From positions 246,884,001 to 246,948,000 of the forward strand of contig OZ024742.1 of the NCBI GenBank assembly GCA_964016885.1: DNA of 64,000 bases, written 5' to 3'. Shown piece by piece: positions 47,074-61,589 of the stretch (positions are counted from its first letter, which is position 1; each line of letters starts with the position of its first letter). The notes below the pieces were generated by a model, which was not told the origin of the DNA, made no database searches, and saw only the letters and a list, made by a program, of their open reading frames with translations. A program made the translations under genes and the position numbers. This stretch comes from Eledone cirrhosa. Lineage: Eukaryota.

Positions 47074-47638
<565 letters not shown>

Positions 47639-47747
47639 GACAAACATTACCACCTTATAAAGGAGAAGACAATAATTCGTTATACATACCTCAATAATTC
47701 CATTAGTGAAGTTTACAAAATATATATCGGTGGTTGGTGGGGGCTAT

Positions 47748-50700
47748 ATCTGTTGGTAGGTTTGTTATATCTGTTGGTAGGTTTGTTATTGTTGTTGGTA
47801 GGTTTGTTATAGTTGTTGGTAGGTTTGTTATTATTGTTGGTAGGTTTGTTATTGTTGTTGGTAGGTTTGTTATTGTTGTTGGTAGGTTTGTTATTGTTGT
47901 TGGTAGGTTTGTTATTGTTGTTGGTAGGTTTGTTACTGTTGTTGGTAGGTTTGTTATTATTGTTGGTAGGTTTGTTATTGTTGTTGGTAGGTTTGTTACT
48001 GTTGTTGGTATGTTTGTTATTATTGTTGGTAGGTTTGTTATAGTTGTTGGTATGTTTGTTATTATTGTTGGTAGGTTTGTTATGTTGTTGGTAGGTTTGT
48101 TATTGTTGTTGGTAGTTTTGTTATTGTTGTTGGTAGGTTTGTTATTGTTGTTGGTAGGTTTGTTATTGTTGTTGGTAGGTTTGTTTCTGTTGTTGGTAGG
48201 TTTGTTATTATTGTTGGTTGGTTTGTTATTGTTGTTGGTAGGTTTGTTATGTTGTTGGTAGGTTTGTTATTGTTGTTGGTAGGTTTGTTATTGCTGTTGG
48301 TAGGTTTGTTACTGTTGTTCGTAGGTTTGTTATTGTTGTTGGTAGGTTTGTTATAGTTGTTGGTAGGTTTGTTATAGTTGTTGGTAGGTTTGTTATTATT
48401 GTTGGTAGGTTTGTTACTGTTGTTGGTATGTTTGTTATTGTTGTTGGTAGGTTTGTTATAGTTGTTGGTAGGTTTGTTATTGTTGTTGGAAGGTTTGTTA
48501 TTGCTGTTGGTAGGTTTCTTATAGTTGTTGGTAGGTTTGTTATAGTTGTTGGTAGGTTTGTTATTGTTGTTGGTAGGTTTGTTATTGTTGTTGGTAGGTT
48601 TGTTATAGTTGTTGGTAGGTTTGTTATTGTTGTTGGTAGGTTTGTTATAGTTGTTGGTAGGTTTGTTATTGTTGTTGGTAGTTTGTTATTGTTGTTGGTA
48701 GGTTTGTTATTGTTGTTCGTAGGTTTGTTATTGTTGTTGGTAGGTTTGTTATAGTATACTTGTTGGTAGGTTTGTTATCGTTGTTGGTAGGTTTGTTATT
48801 GTTGTAGGTAGGTTTGTTATTGCTGTTGGTAGGTTTGTTATTGTTCTTGGTAGGTTTGTTATTGTTGTTGGTAGGTTTGTTATAGTTGTTGGTAGGCTTG
48901 TTATTGCTGTTGGTAGGTTTGTTACTGTTGTTGGTAGGTTTGTTATTGTTGTTGGTAGGTTTGTTATTGTTGTTGGTAGGTTTGTTATTGTTGTAGGTAG
49001 GTTTGTTATTGTTGTTGGTAGGTTTGTTATAGTATAGTTGTTGGTAGGTTTGTTATCGTTGTTGGTAGGTTTGTTATTGTTGTAGGTAGGTTTGTTATTG
49101 CTGTTGGTAGGTTTGTTATTGTTCTTGGTAGGTTTGTTATTGTTGTTGGTAGGTTTGTTATAGTTGTTGGTAGGTTTGTTATTGCTGTTGGTAGGTTTGT
49201 TATTGTTGTTGGTAGGTTTGTTATTGTTGTTGGTAGGTTTGTTATTGTTGTTGGTAGGTTTGTTACTGTTGTTGGTAGGTTTGTTATTGTTGTTGGTAGG
49301 TTTGTTATTGCTGTTGGTAGGTTTGTTACTGTTGTTCGTAGGTTTGTTATTGTTGTTGGTAGGTTTGTTACTGTTGTTCGTAGGTTTGTTATTGTTGTTG
49401 GTAGGTTTGTTATAGTTGTTGGTAGGTTTGTTATAGTTGTTGGTAGGTTTGTTATTATTGTTGGTAGGTTTGTTACTGTTGTTGGTATGTTTGTTATTGT
49501 TGTTGGTAGGTTTGTTATAGTTGTTGGTAGGTTTGTTATTGTTGTTGGAAGGTTTGTTATTGCTGTTGGTAGGTTTCTTATAGTTGTTGGTAGGTTTGTT
49601 ATAGTTGTTGGTAGGTTTGTTATTGTTGTTGGTAGGTTTGTTATTGTTGTTGGTAGGTTTGTTATAGTTGTTGGTAGGTTTGTTATTGTTGTTGGTAGGT
49701 TTGTTATAGTTGTTGGTAAGTTTGTTATTGTTGTTGGTAGTTTGTTATTGTTGTTGGTAGGTTTGTTATTGTTGTTCGTAGGTTTGTTATTGTTGTTGGT
49801 AGGTTTGTTATAGTATAGTTGTTGGTAGGTTTGTTATCGTTGTTGGTAGGTTTGTTATTGTTGTAGGTAGGTTTGTTATTGCTGTTGGTAGGTTTGTTAT
49901 TGTTCTTGGTAGGTTTGTTATTGTTGTTGGTAGGTTTGTTATAGTTGTTGGTAGGCTTGTTATTGCTGTTGGTAGGTTTGTTACTGTTGTTGGTAGGTTT
50001 GTTATTGTTGTTGGTAGGTTTGTTATTGTTGTTGGTAGGTTTGTTATTGTTGTAGGTAGGTTTGTTATTGTTGTTGGTAGGTTTGTTATAGTATAGTTGT
50101 TGGTAGGTTTGTTATCGTTGTTGGTAGGTTTGTTATTGTTGTAGGTAGGTTTGTTATTGCTGTTGGTAGGTTTGTTATTGTTCTTGGTAGGTTTGTTATT
50201 GTTGTTGGTAGGTTTGTTATAGTTGTTGGTAGGTTTGTTATTGCTGTTGGTAGGTTTGTTATTGTTGTTGGTAGGTTTGTTATTGTTGTTGGTAGGTTTG
50301 TTATTGTTGTTGGTAGGTTTGTTACTGTTGTTGGTAGGTTTGTTATTGTTGTTGGTAGGTTTGTTATTGTTGTTGGTAGGTTTGTTATAGTTGTTGGTAG
50401 GTTTGTTATTGTTGTTGGTAGGTTTGTTATTGTTGTTTGTAGGTTTGTTATTGTTGTTGGTAGGTTTGTTATTGTTGTTGGTAGGTCTGTTATTGTTGTT
50501 GGTAGGTTTGTTATTGTTGTCGGTAGGTTTGTTATTGTTGTTGCTAGGTTTGTTATTGTTGTTGGTAGGTTTGTTACTGTTGTTGATAGGTTTGTTATTG
50601 TTGTTGGTAGATTTGTTATTGTTGTTGGTAGGTTTGTTATTGTTGTTGGTAGGTTTGTTATTGTTGTTGGTAGGTTTGTTATTGTTGCTGGTAGGTTTGT

Positions 50701-51176
50701 TATTGTTGTTGGTATGTTTGTTATAGTTGTTTGTAGGTTTGTTATTGCTGTTGGTAGGTTTGTTATTGTTGTTGGTAGGTTTGTTATTGTTGCTGGTAGG
50801 TTTGTTATTGTTGTTGGTAGGTTTGTTATTGTTGTTGGTAGGTTTGTTATTGTTGTTGGTAGGTTTGTTATTGTTGTTGGTAAGTTAGTTATTGTTGTTG
50901 GTAGGTTTGTTATTGTTGTTGGTCGGTTTGTTATTGTTGTTGGTAGGTTTGTTATTGTTGTTGGTAAGTTTGTTATTGTTGTTGGTAGGTTTGTTATTGT
51001 TGTTGGTAGGTTTGTTATTGTTGTTGGTAGGTTTGTTATTGTTGTTGGTAAGTTTGTTATTGTTGTTGGTAGGTTTGTTATTGTTGTTGGTAGGTTTGTT
51101 ATTGTTGTTGGTAGGTTTGTTATTGTTGTTGGTAAGTTTGTTATTGTTGTTGGTAGGTTTGTTATTGTTGTTGGTA
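47748..51176. repeat. 21-bp minisatellite (GTTGGTAGGTTTGTTATTGTT), ~160 units
   Basis: Direct inspection. Confidence 0.97.
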
Positions 51177-52513
51177 CTGCTATGGCCTCTGCTACTTAGG
51201 CTGGCTGGTATCAAGTCATCTCAAGTCAGGCACTTAAGACGCCCTCTTCACTCATCTTTTCATCACATATTTTGTGTCCAGCTTCCCTGTTATTATTTCT
51301 AGTCGCCACATTTGCTTGTATATTACTATGTACGCATTCCCAACGATTTAGGAGAGGAGTAATTGAAAGTGAGCTATTCATATCCAAAATGTCTTAAGAA
51401 GGGTATGGATTGCATAATGTTAATAACATGGCTTTGAACCAAGAAAGAATGCATGTAGATAATAGTCATGGTGGCTTTCTAACAATTGATCTACGGAACT
51501 CTCTGTAGTTCAGGTAGTAACTTTAAAACGGAGCAAAAATACGATAAAGTTATTTATTATATTTCATGGCATGAATTACTGCAAATATCAGCTGAAACGT
51601 TCGCCATTAAAATTGCATGTAACGTTCCAGGGATGAAATAAACTAAGAAAAACTAACGTTGTATAACAAACAAAACCGCTATCTGTTAAATATACGGAGA
51701 AATTAATCTTAGACAAAAAAAAGTGATATTCATAGCTGGAATATGTGAAATGTAGCAGAAAAACTTGGCAAATGCAGAAGACAAAAAAAAAGCAACAACA
51801 GCATTATAAAAATTATTTGAAAATCAAAGACGACTAAAGTGAATCAGAACCAGAAAAAAGACAAAAACAAAACAAAACAAAAATTGAAACAAATGAGCTC
51901 AAAATTGCAGAAGATAAGAATGATTGAGAGGGGGAATATATCTGGAAAATAAAATGTTCCCTGGAAATAAAAAGGGATTTTCCAGATAATTAACTTGGAA
52001 ATGAAATAGAAATAGAAAACAAATCAAGTCCATTAAAATATTTTACATTCATCTGGGATTTTTTTAATTTTTGGTGACGTAAGGAAATGCGATGATACAA
52101 ATGGCTTCATTTATCTTTATTATCATATAATTTAGAGGACCCGAGTTGCCAATAAAGAAATCATTATTATATACGTTAGGATATGATAATGATTAGGCAG
52201 GGCAGTGACCGCAGCTTTTTCGGTGTTCAGATCTTTTGTAGCAATACTGCCCTATGTAGGCCCATCTAAACTGGTGGATATATGCTTGATGTTAGGGTTG
52301 AATATGTACATTTTGAACGATTATTTCCAGTAGAATGGGGATAGAAATTGAACTCCAGTGTACTGGGAATGAATGTTAGGCTGAACTAAATATTTGGTGA
52401 GGGATATGAAAAAACTCTGAGAAACTAGAAATGGAAGGTTGGTAGAAAAGGGTGAGAGGCAAATGTGTTACAATATTTTTTATGGACGTGTGTATTTGTG
52501 TGTATCAGTGTGT

Positions 52514-52598
<85 letters not shown>

Positions 52599-52989
52599 AG
52601 AGAGAGGGGGAGAGAGAGAGAGAGATCGTTATAGTCACAACAGAAAAGAGAGCGAAGAAAATAGCGTATGCTTAGTTTTTGCTGTGAGTTATTAAGTAGT
52701 TATTTGCAAATGTGCTGACTGTGCTCTAATATATATTAGTCTAATATGTATTCGTCTATGATATAAGATCAGTAATAGATTCTTTCAATATTTGAAATTT
52801 GTAGTGCATTAGTACCCATATTATTTTGTCGGGGACACTGATATGAGTTTCCAAAAATCTCAGAACCATTATGTATATTTTATAGAGGATCGAAATCGCC
52901 CTCTATTTTAATAAGACATTAAGTGAGAAAAATTGTTTTAGAGAGAGAATTAAAAAAAGGTGAAGGCTGTTCTAAACTCAGAGGCATAC

Positions 52990-53232
52990 ACACCGGAGCT
53001 TATCCCCGTTTCATGAGCATTAAACGACTGAGAGTATAACGCTCCCTACCTCCTGGAAGGGACATCAGTCCACCTCATAGTTAAACTTCTGCTACTGCTG
53101 GGACTTCTATTGGAAAGGTTAATTGACGGAATGTGAAATATGAGTCTTGTTCCATGATTCTATGCACCGTTCAGTTCGGAGATCGAGCCCACAGCCATAT
53201 GATCGTGAGACCAACACACTAAACACTGCGCT
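52990..53232 (-). mobile_element. Diverged tRNA-derived SINE
   Basis: Minus-strand tRNA-like head (GCGCAGTGTTTAG...GGCTCGATCTC) and SINE-like body. Confidence 0.55.
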
Positions 53233-53574
53233 GAAGAGAGCATATTAAAAAGAGAGTTCATATTATATTTTATTAAAATACTACATATCTCGTGAAAACC
53301 CTAGAGTTTTCTCGCGGATCCTACTTTGGAAATCAATATTTTGTAGGATCAGAAACTAAGGACGTTTAAAGTATTTTGGTTATAGTCTAGTATGTTTTCA
53401 TCCAGTAGGCCAGTCCATGGAACGTAATAAGTCATCTGCTTACTAGAACCTATTAGAACTTTACTGAGAGTCAAAATATTATCAGAGTTGAAATATTTTG
53501 GCTGTGCTATAGTATGTTTCATCCAGCAGATCCGTCCATGATAGGACCGGAAGGCTGATCTATCCATGATACGA

Positions 53575-53750
53575 TATCAGTACCCTTGTATGGGTCGTAT
53601 TAAAGCTATGTAGAGGGCGGATTTGTCAATATACGAGATCAGTACACCTGTCTGAATCTTATTAAAGCTATGTAGAGGGCAGCTGTGTCTATGTTACGAG
53701 TTCGGTACATCTACATCTGTGTGTGGCTTATTAAAGCTATGTAGTGGACG
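53575..53750. repeat. ~59-bp degenerate tandem repeat (TATTAAAGCTATGTAG)
   Basis: Motif recurs at ~53598, 53660 and 53730. Confidence 0.7.
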
Positions 53751-55111
53751 AGAATGAGCGTTGATTCATTGTCTAACACTGAAGACAGAAAAAAATACAA
53801 CAATAAATATCTGTGGCTTGAGGTTGTCGTGCAGTGGAGAGTGATTATTTTCCAATCAGCAACATGGCGTTCATTTGGATACGGATGTGTGCATAGCATC
53901 AGTAGTGACAGCACCATCAGCAAGAGTATCACATCACTAACTGTACCATTAGCAACATGAGCATCAGCAACACTAGCACCAACAACAACAGCAGTGGGAG
54001 CAACAACAGAAGCAGTAGTCATGTCTGTTAGGTGAAGGACTTGATGAATTAACTGCAACGTTACGTTCACTTACGTCATTCATGATTCATTAGTCGGCAT
54101 ATGTTAATTGAATTTCCTTTGCTGGGGAGATCGTCTTTTTTTTTTGTTATGACCTACTGTGCATGTGGCGCCCTCAGACGATTCGTATTATTATTTTTTT
54201 TTCAGTTTCAATCAATGGGGAAATTTTTTCGTTATTAACTCAGTTTTCCGGGCGAAGTAAATATGTCAATGAAGTAAGTTGAAACCGAATCGTGTCCTCC
54301 ACCTACCGGAGCTTCTATTCTGTTCTCTATATCTGTCATGTCATTCTGTATATTCAATATTGATTTCTAGCATTGGCACAAGGCCAAACATTTTGGGTGA
54401 TGGTTTAGTAATTCATGCATGCATACACTACTTCATCTTGTTTTTCTTATTCTTTAATTGTTTAACAGTTCACACACACACACAGACACACAGACACACA
54501 CATACACACAGACACACACACATACACACACACACACAGACACACACATAGACACACATACACAGACACAGACATACACAGACACAGACACACACACGTG
54601 TGTGTGTTTGCGAAACGTAAACGGATAGAACAAAGCAAACAATACAGTACAGTGAAGAAATATATTAGTTTAACGCTTGATATAGTAGAAAGAGTCTTAA
54701 CGTTTCGTCCTTTATCAGAAGATCGAATGAAAAACTAAAGAATAGAATGAAAACAAAAAAAAAATAGAAATAGCAAAAATGAGCAAAGGAAGGAACGGAA
54801 AATACTGGAAAAAAAGCACGTGCGTGTTGAGTCAGCAAGCGAATACATATAAAAAGAATAACACAATATAGATATCTATCTATCTGTCTATCTATCTATC
54901 TATCTATCTTGATAGAGTAAGACACGCTTCACATCGGCTCCGCTATTCCATCGGGATTTACCCTTACTATTGTAAGTACCGGATAAATTTTTCAGTGCAA
55001 CACATTTGGAACACTAACCCCTGTTATTTAGGGAAACATTTTTGCATTTACCCCCTTTTTAGGGGGTAAAATAAATATCTATTTTTGCCGAAAAATTTCT
55101 TTCTTGGCAGC

Positions 55112-56952
55112 ATGGCGGAAAAGATGGCAGACATGTCTGCCATTAGCTCTGCCACGCCCCCCAAGTCTGAAGAACAAAAAATAATTACAACAAAATTAGA
55201 CAATGAAACAAACAAAGAAAATGAAAAAACAAATGTTAAGGAAAATGAGCAAACGGAAAACAAACAAACAGAAAATAATACAAATAACAACAGGGCAACT
55301 TTCGCCCAGAAAACAAAACAATCCATTACATAAACACCAATTGACCTAACTGCCGCCAGAGAAAAACTGGCCGAAGCAAAGAAACACATTGTTTTGGGGG
55401 AGAACGGAATGTTTTCCATTAACCCCCCCCCCCCCAGAATTCAAGAAAGAAAGAACAGAGAACACAGTTCTCTTCAGAACTATACTGAACCAGACAAGAA
55501 AGCCAGCACAGCCCAGCCAAATGGAAATAGAGTTAGTCCTAAAAGACTATATGAAGAATATTCTCTTCATACGAAAGGACCGACTCTATGGCAGCATTTC
55601 GGTCCTAACAAGAGACAAGGAAACGGCTGAGAAGCTTTCCATAAGCCCACTCTCATCGACAACATACAGCTTCTATCCCTCCTACATGGGTAGAAGAACA
55701 CAGAGAGTAAAAGTAAAAACAATGCTGCCCACAATGGACTTCTGGTGGGCTATTGCTGGCTTCATAGACATGGGCGAAGACACAATGCTGTCAATGGGGA
55801 AGGCAACTGGAGATGCGTTCCTGGGAATGGGCCTCGACATACTAGTCCAAATGAGGCCCGAAAGAATAGCACAAATCCCGGATCGCATCGGGCTGGATGA
55901 CCTTACCCCAATAGACATAATTGTAGAGGGGAGAAGACCAGCATGCTATTTATGCATGGAAAGGGGACACGTTAAGGCTAACTGCCCGAAACGTATCCCC
56001 CAAAAAGGACTATTGCCCACACCCACCACAAACAGTACACCAACACCACCCTCCTCCAAAAATACACTAATACCACACACAGCAAACAAAATACAGACAC
56101 CACCAACCACAAACACAACACAAACATCACCACCACCAGCACCAAACACAAGCACGACACAAAAATCACCACCACCAACCACAACACAAACATCACCACC
56201 ACCATCACCAACCACAAGCACGACACAAACATTACCACCACCACCACAAAACCCATTCCAAACAAATAATAAAAAAAACAGTAACAAATCTACCCCTCCC
56301 GCAAAAAAAAACAACCACACAACACGTCCCTCCCACCTAGCGCTGAAGAGTTTCCCCCAACTTCTGAAGAAGAAGGAGGAGAAGCCTTCAGACAAGTTAA
56401 AAGAAAAAAAAGAAAACACACACCCAGCACACCACAAATAACCCACACACAAACACCAACTCCAATCAAAAACACCCCACCCTCAACAAACAAAAATAAA
56501 TCTGCGCCTCCCCTCTCCGAAAAATGAAAGCATCACAAAAAAAAGACGTTGCATTACACATATATAAATAAAGAAAACAAAAAACTGGTTAAATTAATAA
56601 ACAATAACCCTATGGTGCAGACCGAAGGGCCAAACTTTATCTCAACAGAGAACTTCACCCATTTAAAAATGATAAAGGTCCCTCTGGACCTTTATCGTTC
56701 CTTAAAAGAACAATTTAGACGGGACGTGAGCCCCCCCCCCCCCTGTTTAAAACCGTTGAATCGCGTCCTCTTGAAAGATTCCCCATAACCGCCCCTCTCC
56801 CTGACACAACTCCAAATACCCCAACCCCACCACACACGTGTACCCCCACACCACCACAAAACATCCCTCCACCCAACACACCTAATGCCATGGAAATTAC
56901 GCAACCCGGAGAGGTAAGTGCTTTTCTTTCTTCACTTTCAACACCCAAATAG
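55112..56952 (+). pseudogene. LINE ORF1 (gag-like zinc knuckle, P/T-rich tail); one in-frame stop and homopolymer frameshifts
   Basis: CYLCMERGHVKANCP knuckle; YPSYMGRRTQ shared with 62540 (FPTYMGKRTQ); TAA at 55331. Confidence 0.8.
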
Positions 56953-59900
56953 ATCAATTGAGAGTTGGCTGTTTGAACGCGCGTGGCCTGGGCTCAGCTT
57001 GTAAGCAAGCAAAGCTTCTAAGTGACCTCAGGTCACAAAGTATAGATGTGATGGTTGTTTGCGAGAGTCGGATCAGCAGCGTGAGACAGCTGGCGCCCGC
57101 CTTCGATGACTTTGAGATGCACGCATCTCTCTGTCAACCCGGAGGCGGGGGGGGGGGGGAGTTGCCGTACTGCTAGATAAACGTCTGACTCTCGACGTAC
57201 AGATTGTTCACTCGGACCCGGGGGGTCGATTACTGGTGCTGGACGTCGGAGGCGGTGAAGGCGGGGCTTTCAGACTGGTCGGTCTTTATGCTCCCTTCGG
57301 GGCGGAAAGAGCCGACTTTTTCCAGCGTCTGGAGACTTTTCTAGGAACGTTGCGTTCCCTGCTTTTAGTGGGGGACTGGAATGGAATCCTAGATGCGCGT
57401 TGGGACTATGCAGGGGCATGTCCCGATAGAGGGGGGTGTAGCAGCCTCAAGGGGTTACTCGATCGATTCGACCTGGTCGATAGATTTCGACTAGATTGTC
57501 CAACTGCGCCAACCTGGACCTGGGCAAACCGCAGTGGACAATCTAGATCGTACCTAGATAGGTTTTTGGTTAGGAGTAAGGATAGGGACGTATTTAGTTG
57601 TCCAGAACTGATCATGGTTGGCTATTCAGATCACAAATTAGTGACCTGCGTGGTCAACCTTGATAGAACGCATAGACAGGGTCCCGGTTACTGGAAGATG
57701 AACTTGTCCTTGCCGACAAAGAAAGATTACAGAAACCGGATTAGTAGCTTAGTTAAGATGCGGTTGACGGGAGCGATCGTCAACAGTAGGTGGTGGGTAT
57801 CTCTAAAGAGAGAGATTAGAGTAAGTTCGATAGGTTACAGTAAGGAACTAGCGGCAAATAGAAATAGGAAGGAAAGGGAGTTAACAGATAAACTAGAAGA
57901 GGCGATTAGGAGCGGAGACGTAGCCAGAGTGTTAGCGGCGAGAACGGCATTGAGCCAGTTCTTTGACGCGAAGCACGAAGGCTGCGTTGTCCGAAGTAAA
58001 ATACGTGCTTTAGGAAACGAGGGGACCAAAGCTGTTAGCTGGGCCCGCGTGACAGAAGCCAAGAGTGGGATTAAATCCACCATTCGGTCTTTGCGAGACC
58101 AGGATGGACGGGTGATCCTTGAACCTGAGCGGATGTGCGAGGCCTTTCAAAGGCACTTTGCTCGACTGTTCGGAGGGGGCGGGGGGCCGGACGGGGATGT
58201 GGACTTCGGTCCATACCTCGACGGTCTACCGCGTCTTTCGAGCGGCGAAGCGGAGTGCTGCGAAAGGCCAATCACAGCCACTGAAATCGGGGAAGCGCTC
58301 AGCCAATGCAGCAGACGCAAATCTCCGGGTCTCGATGGTCTACCATACGAACTTTATTTAGCTATGCCGGTCTTGTTCTCCGAACTCCTCGGGGCTGTCT
58401 ATTGCAACTGGCAACAGAACGGGAGAATTCCCTGTTCTGTGACCAAGGGCGTGGTCACGCTAGTGAGGAAGGACGAGAGCAAGGGGGACGACTTAAGTAA
58501 CTTTAGGCCCATAACTCTGCTGAATGCAGAGTTACAGATTTTGGCCAAGGTGTTGGCGAAGAGGTTGGCGCTTGTGGTGGGTGGTTTGGTGGGAGACGCG
58601 CAGACATGCGCTATCCCGTCCAGGTCCATTCACGACAACCTCCACCTCATGCGATACATCATAGAGAGGGTTGGCAACGAACCCGGCTTTGGTGGGGCCC
58701 TGATCAACTTGGATCAATCTAAGGCGTTCGATAGGGTCGACCATGGTTACCTGGATGCGGTGCTAGCGGCGGCGGGCTTCGGACCCGTTTTCAGGGGCTG
58801 GATTTCTGCCATGCACAGTGGCAACATCTACTCTAGGATTAAAGTAAACGGCTACCTCTCGGAGCCGTTTCAAATCACCCGGTCCATCAGGCAGGGGTGC
58901 CCCCTCTCCTCCCTTCTGTACGTATTGACTCTCGAGCCACTGCTGCGGAAGTTGGAGTTGCTGCGGGGCATACCCCTGGAACCGGGATTGCACAAAGCGG
59001 TCTCGGCCTATGCCGACGACGTAACAGTAATGGTGGTGGACGCCTCGGAAATCGGGGCGATCGCCACCCTACTGGGGGAATACGAAAGGCTGACGGGGGC
59101 TAGGCTGAACCAGGACAAGTCAGTCGGTTTGCAACTCGGAACGTGGAGGGGCAAACCGATGCCGTTAGACGGTGTCGTCGGGCGGTGGACGGAGGGCCCG
59201 GTGAAGCTGCTCGGGGTCTGGTTCGGACCGGACCTCCAGGTGGAGAAGAATTGGGGCGAGGTGACGAGCAGGGTGTTTGCGCTGACCCAGAAGTGGGCCA
59301 AGTGCACACTATCACTGAAAGGTCGGGCGGAGGTGACGAACGCTTACATAGCGTCCGTCATCTACTACCGCCTGACCGTCGTGCCTTGCCCCAAGGAAAA
59401 GCTCACCATCATGGAACGCATGCTCTTCCAGTTCCTCTGGAAGAAGCAGCCTCCCATGGTGAGGAGATCCATCTGCTGCCAGCACCCTTCGAAAGGAGGG
59501 CTGGGTATGCCGTGGCTGTTGATGCGTAGGCACGCATTGAGGCTACGGCATCTACAGGTATTCCTCAACGGTCAGCCGGTGTGGGCCCCGTTTGTGAGGC
59601 GAGCCTTCCCACAGCTCGTCTCGCTCACCGAACTGCAATCCTGGGTGAAGCAAAGTCCGAGAAAACTGGGCAACTGGCACACCGAGTGTGCCCAGGCGCT
59701 CACGGCTATCTGGCAAGCGGACCAGACTATCAGTGGAGAATCCACCTCGACATTCTATAGAGGGTTGGTGGCTAGCAAGGGCGACGACACCCTTGGAGAG
59801 TCGCTAGGCATGGAGGAGGACGAACTGGCCAGCCTGTTCGGTAGAACTTTCGGCCCGGGACCCATGGACAACTTCCAGAGGTCCCTAGCCTGGCAGTGTT

Positions 59901-60391
59901 ACCGAGGGGCTCTGCCCGTTCGAGAAAAGCTCTACAGACACGGGCGCCCGGGCAGGGATCCCGCGAAAAAGATCTGCCCCAGATGCGTGCGCGACGAGGA
60001 AACCGTTGCGCATGCACTGGTACACTGCCCGGGCGTTGCCGATCTGTGGGGCTACGTCGAACGACTGCTGTCGCGTGTGGCGCCGATTCGATTAACCGCC
60101 GAGTCTGTGGTGAACATCAAGCCGCCTCCTCCCTTCAGAAATGAAGCAGAGGCGGTCTTTCTGTGCGTAATAGCCATGATGAAAGAGGTTGTGTGGTGGA
60201 CGCGCCTGAAAGGTCTGAGGTCGGGTGACTTTCTCTCCGGCCATCACCTGGTTTACTTCTTCCGATACCACTTCGGAAGAAGGATCAGGATGGAGAGAGA
60301 AGTGCTTGGCCCCAGACAGTTTTATGAAAGGTGGGTGAAAGAAGCGAGAATGGCCCGTGTAAATGGGCCTTCTCTCTACATTGTTCTGTAG
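56949..60391 (+). CDS. LINE ORF2: APE endonuclease, reverse transcriptase, C-terminal Cys/His finger; one frameshift in G-run ~57147-57159
   Basis: LRVGCLNARGL, GDWN, YLDRFLV, SDHK, FRPITLLN, DQSKAFDRVDH, RQGCPLS, YADD, CPRC...ETVAHALVHC. Confidence 0.92.
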
Positions 60392-60622
60392 GTGAAGAAG
60401 TGAAGAGGAAAGGGGGAGCGCCTCCTCTCTGGGCTTCCCCCGCGAAAAGAGTTGCACACTTTTCGGGGGTATGTGCAATCCCCAACACGCCCCCTCCCTT
60501 TTGAGGACTTTTTATTGTTATATTATTATTGTTATTCCTTTTTTCTTTACTCGATTTATGTAAACTCCCCCACTGTGTAAATGTCCCCTTCTTTTGTGCC
60601 TTCGTGGCAAATAAATAGAAAT

Positions 60623-60690
<68 letters not shown>

Positions 60691-60691
60691 T

Positions 60692-61565
60692 TATAGAGGG
60701 TTGATCCGCAGCAAGTCTGAAAACGCGCTCGGTGAAACTCTAGACGTAGAGGAGGACGAACTGGCCAGTCTGTTCGGTAGGACCTTCCGCCCGGGACCAA
60801 TGGACATCTTCCAAAAGTCCCTGGCCTGGCAGTGCTACCGAGGAGCTCTACCAGTTCGAGACAAGCTCTACAGACATGGGCGCCCGGGCAGGGACCCTGC
60901 AAAAAAGATCTGTCCGAGATGCGTGCGAGACGAAGAAACCGTCGCGCACGCATTCAAACACTGCCCGGGCGTCACTGACCTGTGGGGCTATGTAGAACGA
61001 CTATTGTCGCGGGTGGGACCAATCCGGTTGACCACCGAGTCCATTGTCATGATCAAACCGCCACCCTCCTTCAAAAACGAAGGAGAGGCGGTTTTCCTTT
61101 GTGTGATAGCTATGGCGAAAGAGGTTGTATGGTGGACAAGCTTGAAAGGTCTGAGGTCAGACACCTTTCTCTCCGGCCAACAACTGATTCTTTTTTTTCA
61201 AATACCACTTTGGAAGAAGAATCAGGATGGAGAGAGAGGTGCTGTACCCCAGCAAGTTTTATGAAAGGTGGGTGAAAGTGGCGAGAATGGCCCGAGTGAA
61301 TGGGCCTTCTCTCTATATCAGCCTGTAGGTTGAGGAAAAAGAGGAGGAGAGGAAAGGAGTACAAACTCTTCGTACTCCTGGAGATGAGGGTTGCACATTT
61401 TTTCGGGGGTATGTGTTACCCATATAAACTGTCTCCCCCTATTGGGGAAAATCGACTAACTTTTTAAATTGCATTTGTGATAACCTTTTACACGTTTTTA
61501 TTGTATGTGAACTTCCCCCTTTGTATTTGTCCCCTTATTTTGTGCCCCTGTGGCTAATAAAGAAA
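60692..61565 (+). mobile_element. 5'-truncated copy of a closely related LINE
   Basis: Homologous to 59756-60622; followed by (TATC)n. Confidence 0.9.
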
Positions 61566-61589
61566 TATATCTATCTATCTATCTCTCTT

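Larger units (their letters stand above)
54909..60622 (+). mobile_element. Full-length Tx1/L1-clade LINE flanked by (TATC)n on both sides
   Basis: 5' UTR, ORF1, ORF2 (APE-RT-CCHC), 3' UTR ending GTGGCAAATAAA; (TATC)n at 54873-54908 and 60624-60690. Confidence 0.93.

Noticed and set aside
47734-51302. 21-bp array as CDS, telomeric repeat or CRISPR
   Set aside because: No unique spacers, no TTAGGG units, and the ORFs are repeat artefacts.
54206-54273. Possible 68-nt host exon (T-rich CAG ... GTAAGT)
   Set aside because: One open frame with no recognisable homology or partner exons; could be chance.
54695-54722. Minus-strand HHR-like TCTT-CTGATAA-AGGAC-GAAACGTT-AAGA
   Set aside because: Core G8 mutated and stem II missing; at most a relic.
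57406-60488. Many antisense and alternative-frame ORFs in LINE ORF2
   Set aside because: Shadow ORFs of a GC-rich coding sequence.
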